A stretch of DNA of 37,490 nucleotides from an uncultured Cytophagia bacterium (lineage in GTDB: Bacteria; Zhuqueibacterota; Zhuqueibacteria; Residuimicrobiales; Krinioviventaceae). The translations under genes and the position numbers were made by a program. Where the stretch lies: contig CAYPZM010000004.1 of assembly GCA_964414825.1 (NCBI GenBank), positions 1 to 37,490 on the forward strand, in the 5' to 3' direction. Position 1 is the stretch's first letter. Each line of letters begins with the position of its first letter. Shown one piece after another: positions 1 to 6,745 of the stretch. The notes under the pieces are model-generated. The model saw only the letters and a list, made by a program, of their open reading frames with translations. It ran no database searches and was not told the origin of the DNA.

Positions 1-86
1 CTCTGGATTATGCTTCCGGCGTCTATTTCTATCGCCTGCAAACTACGGATCGCACAATTACCAAAAAGATGATGCTGCTCAAATAA
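1..86 (+). CDS. 3' end of a gene truncated by the window edge; T9SS-type C-terminal sorting domain tail
   Basis: Frame starting at nt 3 reads LDYASGVYFYRLQTTDRTITKKMMLLK, then TAA at 84-86. The tail pattern (SG.YFY.L.T....KKM.L.K) matches the C-termini of the 795..3311 and 3380..6343 proteins. A hairpin terminator follows at 154..184. Confidence 0.6.
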   Translation, partial: LDYASGVYFYRLQTTDRTITKKMMLLK

Positions 87-153
87 GGAAAAGCGTTTTG
101 TTTTTAGTACGATAAAGTTTTCTGCAAAAACCTACGCTTTGCCACAATGTATA

Positions 154-184
154 AACGGAGTATTCAAATGAATACTCCGTTTTT
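154..184 (+). terminator. Rho-independent terminator of the truncated upstream gene
   Basis: Perfect 12-bp stem AACGGAGTATTC (154-165) / GAATACTCCGTT (170-181) with 4-nt loop AAAT, running into a T tract (180-184). Confidence 0.75.
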
Positions 185-269
185 GTCATGCATATATCAT
201 AAACGCTCAAGAACACCGCAAAAACGCAGGCGAACAGCAATTCAAACAACACTACAATGGGAGCGCATC

Positions 270-494
270 TTGGAAGAATCCACAGAAATCTCATTTGTCA
301 TCACTAACAAGGGCAACGTTAAAATTGACATTTATGATCATTATGGACGCTGGGTCGAAACGCTTCTGAACAAAACGTTGAACCGAGGGCATCACAAACA
401 CACTTGGACACGGCCTCATCTAAGCTCCGGTGATTACACCGTACGCATCGAGACCCCGCAGTATACCGCCACTCGGAAAATGATCTTTCGTTAA
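270..494 (+). CDS. Orphan T9SS C-terminal-sorting-domain-only ORF (mini-gene or remnant of a decayed paralog)
   Basis: Part of track ORF 147..494. The last ~70 aa (EISFVITNKGNVKIDIYDHYGRWVETLLNKTLNRGHHKHTWTRPHLSSGDYTVRIETPQYTATRKMIFR) align with the sorting domains of the neighbouring proteins (TINFDLPSEQFVTLSIFDLRGRRVDVLLQE..AGHHSVTFDASQLASGIFFYKL). The ATG at 147 lies upstream of the 154..184 terminator. TTG 270, with GGGAG at 259-263 and a 6-nt spacer, is therefore the best supported start. There is no signal peptide and no cargo domain. Confidence 0.35.
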   Translation: MEESTEISFVITNKGNVKIDIYDHYGRWVETLLNKTLNRGHHKHTWTRPHLSSGDYTVRIETPQYTATRKMIFR

Positions 495-794
495 ACACAC
501 ATTTGTCCGAGCCGAGGTGTGCCAGTTTTCCTGTTACGTTCTCTTCAATCTTTTATCCCGTACAGGTACAAAAGTAGCCAAGCAATTGTGGTTTTAGCCC
601 CCAATTAGCACAAAAAAATCCGAAAAAATACCACAGCCGTAAACCGATTTTGCCCCCTGCTAACAAGACAACAAAAATTAACGGCCTGGACTCAAAATTT
701 ATATGGGTTGAAAACTTTACATACTCTTTATTTGGTTTTTATAAAAACTTTTCGTCTATTTAACAAACTGACACACAAACAAAAGGAATCTCAC

Positions 795-3311
795 ATGCGA
801 CGGTATCTCTTCTTCCTGCTGATCTGCGTGCCCGCTCTCAGCCTGACCTCCGACCTTCCGACGGAACTCGTATACATGTTTCCTGTTTCGGGATCCACTG
901 ATCATAATCCTCAGGTTACCCTCATTTTAAAAACCGAGCCCGAATCCGCGGATCGGTTAAGCCATGTGACCTTTGAGGTCAACGGCCAAAAAAGCGGTTT
1001 ACACAATGGCTCGGTACTCATCTCCAAAAACACTATTATTTTCAAGCCGACAATTCCATTTGCCCTCGGTGAAGGGGTTCATGTTAATGTTACCGGATTA
1101 TCAAAACCTTTAACATTTCACTTTTCCACAAGAGACCATATTGTGCCACATTCTTCTGTGGAACGGACAGCTTTTCCGGAGACCACGGCAAGCCAAACCG
1201 TTTCCTCCTCCAACAACGTGCGTTTGATTAATGGCGTTGCCGTGCCCAGCGATTTTCCCAACATCATCACAACCGTGCATGGCGAAACCGCACCGGGGCG
1301 CATCTTTTTTGCCCCTACCTTTTTTGATAGTGGCTCGCGCAGCAATTACGTGGTTATTTGCGAAAATGATGGCACGCCCTATTTTTATCGTAAATACGAA
1401 CGCTCCGGCCTCGGCAGTGCGGATTTTAAAGTGCAGGACAATGGTCTGCTCTCGCTTTACCGGTACATTCACGGTGAGCATGGCTTTCATATTGTAATGG
1501 ATGAGCATTTTGCAGAAGTGGATACGTTTCAGGCGGCGCACGGCTATCGAACCGATAATCACGAAATGCTGCTGCTGGATAATGGCCACGCGCTCCTCAT
1601 CGCCGAAGATGACCGGCGCATTGATATGAGCAAATTGGTCTCCGGCGGGAACACCAACGCAAATGTGGTTGGAAATCATATTCAAGAAGTGGATAGCGAG
1701 GGTAATGTGTTCTGGGAGTGGCGCTCCTGGGACCATTTGCATGTGTTGGATGTGGACAATATCAATTTAAAAGGCGGACACATCGATTATGTACACCTCA
1801 ATTCCATTGCCATCGATTACGATGGGCACTATGTGCTGTCGCTGCGCAACATGAGCGAGATGTGCAAAATTAATAGCCAAACCGGCGAATTTATCTGGCG
1901 ACTCGGCGGCGTGAACAATCAGTTCGACAGCGATGAGGAGCAGCTTTTGTCACATCAACATTGTGCCAAACCTGTGCCGGACCAGCCGGACTCCTATACC
2001 ATTTACGACAATGGCAACACGCGCAGCCCCAGCTTTACCCGAGCCGTGGAATACAAGCTGGATGTAAAAAACAAAACCGCCGAAAATGTCTGGCAATACC
2101 GGTATGACAAGGCCAATTTTCAAAGCATGATGGGCGGCGTGCAGCGGCTGCCGAACGGAAACACCTACATCGATTGGTCGGCCTGGCCGCCATTGCGCGG
2201 CTGCGAGGTGGACGCCGAGAACAACTTGGTGTTCGAGATTGAAGCCCAGGGCATTTCCAGCTATCGCTCGTATCGATTTAAGTGGGAAGGAGAGATGTTA
2301 AAGCCCTACCTTTTGGCCGAAAACACCTATGAAGGCGCGCGTCTCATTTTTAACAAATTTGGCGATACCGATGTGTTGCACTATATTGTTTATGGCGGCA
2401 CATCGCCCAACTCATTGGCACCCATGGATACGACTTCCAACACCTATGCTGAACTGACAAATTTGGAAAATGACACACGATATTATTTTAAAGTCTGTGC
2501 GGTGAATGGACAAGGCGAAAAAAGCGAGTTCTCGGATGAAGCGACCGTTTTTATCAAATATTCCGAGCCGGGCGAAAATTTGCTCGCTAACGGTGATTTT
2601 TCAGACGGGTCGAATAATTGGGACTTTGTATCACGCAACGGTGCACAATCCAACGGTATAGTCAAAGGTGGGATATTTTTTGTTGAAATCGAATCCGGGC
2701 GGGGTTCTGAAAGCATATATGACATTCAGGTGATCCAGGAGAGTTTTCCCATCATCAATGGCCGCACCTATGTGTTTGAATTTGAAGCATGGGCCGATGC
2801 CAACAAGGTGATCGAGCCGCGAATCGCTAAAAAGGATGGAGATTACGCGCTCTATTCCGGAACCACGGCCATGTCGATCAGTCGTCAACGCAAAACCTAT
2901 CGGTTTGAATTTGAGATGACACATCCATCCGATTATGAGGCGCGCGTGGTGTTCAACTGCGGCGGCTCGGACACGGATTGCTATTTTGACAATGTTTCGG
3001 TCAAAGAATTGCTGCCCAGCCATATCGAGACGGAACATTTGCAGCCAACCGAATTTGCTTTGGCGCAAAACTATCCAAATCCGTTCAACGCAACAACCAC
3101 CATAAACTTTGATTTGCCCTCCGAGCAATTTGTCACCTTGAGCATTTTTGACCTTCGCGGCCGCCGGGTCGACGTGCTTTTGCAAGAGACCAGGCAAGCT
3201 GGCCACCATTCCGTCACATTTGATGCCAGTCAACTCGCGAGCGGAATCTTTTTCTACAAGCTAAGAACGCACACCCAAACCCTGTTGAAAAAAATGATTT
3301 TAATCAAATAA
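795..3311 (+). CDS. Secreted multidomain ASST-family (arylsulfotransferase-like) beta-propeller protein: Ig-like N-domain, ASST propeller, FN3, CBM4_9-like module, T9SS sorting domain
   Basis: ATG 795 is preceded by AAGGAA (783-788). Signal peptide MRRYLFFLLICVPALSLTS. ASST-type motifs: DNHEMLLLDNGH, FWEWRSWDH, IDYVHLNSIAIDYDGHYVLSLRN, HQH..YTIYDNGN, RAVEYKLD..VWQY. FN3-like segment YYFKVCAVNGQGEKSEFS. CBM-like segment NLLANGDFSDGSNNW...CYFDNVSVKEL. C-terminal NYPNPFNATTTINFDL...GIFFYKL. The TTG at 708 given by the ORF track would add a non-signal leader. Confidence 0.85.
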   Translation: MRRYLFFLLICVPALSLTSDLPTELVYMFPVSGSTDHNPQVTLILKTEPESADRLSHVTFEVNGQKSGLHNGSVLISKNTIIFKPTIPFALGEGVHVNVTGLSKPLTFHFSTRDHIVPHSSVERTAFPETTASQTVSSSNNVRLINGVAVPSDFPNIITTVHGETAPGRIFFAPTFFDSGSRSNYVVICENDGTPYFYRKYERSGLGSADFKVQDNGLLSLYRYIHGEHGFHIVMDEHFAEVDTFQAAHGYRTDNHEMLLLDNGHALLIAEDDRRIDMSKLVSGGNTNANVVGNHIQEVDSEGNVFWEWRSWDHLHVLDVDNINLKGGHIDYVHLNSIAIDYDGHYVLSLRNMSEMCKINSQTGEFIWRLGGVNNQFDSDEEQLLSHQHCAKPVPDQPDSYTIYDNGNTRSPSFTRAVEYKLDVKNKTAENVWQYRYDKANFQSMMGGVQRLPNGNTYIDWSAWPPLRGCEVDAENNLVFEIEAQGISSYRSYRFKWEGEMLKPYLLAENTYEGARLIFNKFGDTDVLHYIVYGGTSPNSLAPMDTTSNTYAELTNLENDTRYYFKVCAVNGQGEKSEFSDEATVFIKYSEPGENLLANGDFSDGSNNWDFVSRNGAQSNGIVKGGIFFVEIESGRGSESIYDIQVIQESFPIINGRTYVFEFEAWADANKVIEPRIAKKDGDYALYSGTTAMSISRQRKTYRFEFEMTHPSDYEARVVFNCGGSDTDCYFDNVSVKELLPSHIETEHLQPTEFALAQNYPNPFNATTTINFDLPSEQFVTLSIFDLRGRRVDVLLQETRQAGHHSVTFDASQLASGIFFYKLRTHTQTLLKKMILIK

Positions 3312-3327
3312 AAGCTTATATTTATTC

Positions 3328-3359
3328 GTCGCACACTCAAGTGTGCGACATTTTATTTT
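3328..3359 (+). terminator. Rho-independent terminator after the first ASST-like gene
   Basis: Perfect 9-bp stem GTCGCACAC (3328-3336) / GTGTGCGAC (3341-3349), loop TCAA, tail ATTTTATTTT. Confidence 0.7.
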
Positions 3360-3379
3360 GACACGTTAAGGGATAGCGC

Positions 3380-6343
3380 ATGAAACCTTTGGTATTTTTG
3401 CTTTTGTTGACGTCTCAACTCGTCTCCGGCTATCATCCGGCAATCGATTACATTTTCCCACTGCCAGATAGTGAGCTCCTCACCCCAAAAACCACGATCA
3501 TTTTAAAACTTGGATCTGCTTATAACGACAAGGTGACCAATCTCAGTACGTTGATCCGAGTGAGCGGTGATGAGGGCAATGTAGAAGGTTCGGTATTTTG
3601 GGCAGCGGACGACCGCACTATCATATTCAAGCCGGCGCAGGATTTGAATGCCGACCAGTTTTATGATGTGAGGATTCAAACCAGCCAGGTTACAACTCGG
3701 GATTTTGCTTACACCTTTAAAACCGCTGCCCGAGGTGTCAATGATTTTGATGGCTTGCAAAAACACACAAATGCTTCTGATCGCAATACGAATGTGGGCA
3801 GCGTTCCGCCGGTTCGGCTCATCAATGGCGTGGCCGTTCCCAGTGATTTTCCAAATCTCCGAACGCAGCAATTTGGCGAAACCGCGCCGGGGAAAATCTT
3901 TTACGCTACCAACTATCCCCAGGAAGGCACGGGCAACTATCTCATTATTTGTGAAAACGACGGCACTCCCTATTTTTATCGCCGGTACGACGATGTGGTG
4001 CGCAGCGGCAACTTGACCGTCCACCCAACTGGCGATTTAACCGCGCACTTTTATTTCAAGTGGTTTTATGTGGTGTTGGATGAACATTTTGTCGAGGTCG
4101 ACACCATTCGCGTGGGCCATGGTTACGAAACGGATAACCATGAGCTGCAAATCCTGAAGAACGGCCACTCGTTGTTAATTGCGCGCGACCGAGCAAAGAT
4201 CGACATGAGTCGCATCGTCAGTGGCGGTCAGGGAGAAGCGACTGTCGAGGGTCACCACCTTCAAGAGCTGGATGCCGATCGTAATGTCATTTTCGAGTGG
4301 CGCAGTTGGGATCACTACTATATCCGCGATTCGTTCGTCAATTTAAAAGGCGGATTTATCGATTATGTGCACATGAATTCCATTGCCATCGATTATGACG
4401 GCCATTACGTCATCTCGGCGCGCGATTTGAACGAGATCACTAAAATCAATCGCACGACCGGAGAAATTATCTGGCGTTTGAATGGCAGAAACAACGAGTT
4501 TACATTCCTCAACGACCCGGATGAGTTTATTTATCAGCACGATTTTCGACCCTTGCCCGGCAAGCCAAACTATTACACGGTGTTTGATAATGGCCGCGGC
4601 CGCCATCCGCAGCATTCGCGCGCCGTTGAATACAAAATAGACCCTCAACAAAAAACTATAGAAAAGGTGTGGGAGTATCGGCATCAACCGGACTGGTATT
4701 CCTCATCCATGGGCAGCGCGCAACGGTTGCCCAATGGCAATACGCTCGTTGATTTTCCGGCTGGCGAGACGCGCGCTGTGGAAGTAAATCGCGCTGGAGA
4801 TGTGTTATTCGAGCTCATCAGTCAGGGGCATAGCAATTACCGCTGTCGGCGTTTTGAATGGTCCGGAAAAATGCAGCAGCCGTACCTCGTTACCGAGGAT
4901 TTGGGCACCACGGTGCGTCTCATTTTTAACAAGTTTGGCGATGCGGATGTCAAACAGTACAACATTTATTACGGCACGCGTCACAATCCCACACAACGGC
5001 TCGCAACCACATCACAAACCTATTACGATGCCACTCAGCTTGAGCCCAAAGTGTTGTATTATTTCCGCGTCACTGCTGTGGATGGGCAAAACAATGAAAG
5101 CGATTATTCCAATGAAGAGACCGGAACCATCCGCGTTCTGGCGCCGGGACAAAACGCGGTCAGAAACGGATCGTTTGACTCGGATGAGTTTTGGGATTTT
5201 CACACCACGAGTGGGCAGGCCGTCAGTCGCATTTCGGATGGACAGTATAAAATCATCGTCCATACCAACAGCGACATGGCGGAGGTGCGATTGACGCAAA
5301 GCGACATTATTGTGCTGCAAAATAAATCGTATGTATTTGAATTTGATGCTTATGCCAGCAGTCCGCGCGCCATTAATGCCAAAGTGGAATCTGCAACCTC
5401 GCCGCATATCAACTATGGCAAAATTGGCAATACCGCCATCACGACGCGGCTAAAACATTATCGTTTTCCATTCGAGATGCAGCACCCCACGGATACCGAG
5501 GCGCGGGTGATTTTTCATTGTGGCGGCGAACCGGGCGATATTTATATCGACAATGTCTCTCTCACCTATTCCGAGCCCGCCAGTGGCGACTCGGTGGTCA
5601 AAATCAACTTCCAGCCCCCGGATGTTGATGAACCATCCGATTATCTAGTCGATATCGGATTGGCATATGCAAACCGCGAAAGCGGATTGAACTATGGTTG
5701 GTTGGACGGCGATAACGACGAAACGCGTGTGCGAGAAGGGCAAAGCGATCTGCGCTACGCCACCTTGAACCACATGCAAAAAGATGACATTCCGCGCATT
5801 TGGGAACTAAAAGTGCCCAACGGAACCTATGAGGTATTTTTGGTGATGGGCGATGCCGGCTATACGGACCAGCTCAACTTTGTGCGGCTCGAAAATCTGG
5901 TGCTTTCTGATCCGGACGGCGAAGACTATTTTGACGAATATTCAGCATCGGTGCGTGTCGATGACGGCCGATTAACGATACAACCGACGTCTCAATCGAG
6001 CAACGCCAAGTTGTGTTTTATTGAAATCAGTGGATTAACGTTAAACGTCGAGCTTCCGGAATCAACAGAACAAATTCCGCAACATAGCGAGTTGTTTCCC
6101 AACTTTCCCAATCCCTTTAACAGCTCGACAACCATACGATTTGATTTGGCGCAGGAAGAATTTGTGAATCTGAGCGTATTCGACATTCGTGGCCGCCTTG
6201 TGACTACCCTGGTATCGCAAACAAAACGTTCCGGAAGGCATGCGATCTCTTTTGATGCATCGGATTTGGCCAGCGGCTTGTTTTTTTACAAACTGGAAAC
6301 CCCGTCCGTCTCTTTGGTGCAAAAAATGCTGGTGGTCAAATAG
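3380..6343 (+). CDS. Paralogous secreted ASST-family beta-propeller protein with an extra beta-sandwich (malectin/CBM-like) module before the T9SS sorting domain
   Basis: ATG 3380 with AAGGGA at 3368-3373. Signal peptide MKPLVFLLLLTSQLVSG. Collinear with the 795..3311 product: RLINGVAVPSDFPN, ICENDGTPYFYR, DNHELQILKNGH, FEWRSWDH, IDYVHMNSIAIDYDGHYVISARD, YQHDF..YTVFDNGRG, RAVEYKIDP..VWEY, an FN3 (YYFRVTAVDGQNNESDYS) and a CBM-like module (..IYIDNVSLTY). It adds ~150 aa (VVKINFQPPD...LCFIEISG), then NFPNPFNSSTTIRFDL...GLFFYKL. Confidence 0.85.
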   Translation: MKPLVFLLLLTSQLVSGYHPAIDYIFPLPDSELLTPKTTIILKLGSAYNDKVTNLSTLIRVSGDEGNVEGSVFWAADDRTIIFKPAQDLNADQFYDVRIQTSQVTTRDFAYTFKTAARGVNDFDGLQKHTNASDRNTNVGSVPPVRLINGVAVPSDFPNLRTQQFGETAPGKIFYATNYPQEGTGNYLIICENDGTPYFYRRYDDVVRSGNLTVHPTGDLTAHFYFKWFYVVLDEHFVEVDTIRVGHGYETDNHELQILKNGHSLLIARDRAKIDMSRIVSGGQGEATVEGHHLQELDADRNVIFEWRSWDHYYIRDSFVNLKGGFIDYVHMNSIAIDYDGHYVISARDLNEITKINRTTGEIIWRLNGRNNEFTFLNDPDEFIYQHDFRPLPGKPNYYTVFDNGRGRHPQHSRAVEYKIDPQQKTIEKVWEYRHQPDWYSSSMGSAQRLPNGNTLVDFPAGETRAVEVNRAGDVLFELISQGHSNYRCRRFEWSGKMQQPYLVTEDLGTTVRLIFNKFGDADVKQYNIYYGTRHNPTQRLATTSQTYYDATQLEPKVLYYFRVTAVDGQNNESDYSNEETGTIRVLAPGQNAVRNGSFDSDEFWDFHTTSGQAVSRISDGQYKIIVHTNSDMAEVRLTQSDIIVLQNKSYVFEFDAYASSPRAINAKVESATSPHINYGKIGNTAITTRLKHYRFPFEMQHPTDTEARVIFHCGGEPGDIYIDNVSLTYSEPASGDSVVKINFQPPDVDEPSDYLVDIGLAYANRESGLNYGWLDGDNDETRVREGQSDLRYATLNHMQKDDIPRIWELKVPNGTYEVFLVMGDAGYTDQLNFVRLENLVLSDPDGEDYFDEYSASVRVDDGRLTIQPTSQSSNAKLCFIEISGLTLNVELPESTEQIPQHSELFPNFPNPFNSSTTIRFDLAQEEFVNLSVFDIRGRLVTTLVSQTKRSGRHAISFDASDLASGLFFYKLETPSVSLVQKMLVVK

Positions 6344-6371
6344 GGCGATTGACCCGCTCCTGATTTTTTTT
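6334..6371 (+). terminator. Possible weak terminator overlapping the stop of the second ASST-like gene
   Basis: 6-bp stem GGTCAA (6334-6339) / TTGACC (6349-6354) with a 9-nt loop. A run of eight T at 6364-6371 follows, but it is separated from the stem by 9 nt, so this is non-canonical. Confidence 0.3.
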
Positions 6372-6745
6372 GTACACCTTGAGAGACCGTCGAAAAAGTC
6401 ATAGTAGTTCCTTAACCAGGGGTCACTTTAGAATATAGAAATTGCCTGAGTAGTCAGATAAATATAGATTTACAACCAATTCCTGCTGTCTGGCGTGACC
6501 CCACGCAGTCATTGGCGGCGGCATTAAACAACTTGGAAGGCAAGACAATAATGTCAATTTTGTGTTAAAATAGCTTTTTTTCAACCAATCTAAAAGATAA
6601 AATACCAGCAGTCACAAAAAGCGACTTTAACATTCCCTTCACATTGCCTTAATTTGCATAGTTGCTTAAACTTTACGATCTTGAGCAAATTTAGCATTTC
6701 TCCCCCCTTTACAATATCGAGACGTGCAAAACGCCCTCTGAATTG

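Noticed and set aside
708-794. N-terminal extension of the first ASST-like gene from the TTG at 708 (MKTLHTLYLVFIKTFRLFNKLTHKQKESH...)
   Set aside because: The extension is not signal-peptide-like. The ATG at 795 has an AAGGAA Shine-Dalgarno and opens directly into a canonical signal peptide, mirroring the paralog at 3380.
1110-1742. Antisense and out-of-frame ORFs in the track. Examples: 1110..1742(-), 2631..3233(-), 3503..4024(-), 7616..8407(-), 13560..14072(+), 15446..15922(+), 25667..26104(+), 26163..26723(+), 27188..27709(+), 30571..31044(+), 36002..36430(+).
   Set aside because: All lie fully inside long ORFs with clear family motifs on the other strand or frame. They have low-complexity or Arg/Cys/His-rich translations, no ribosome-binding sites and no recognisable domains. 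They are shadow ORFs.
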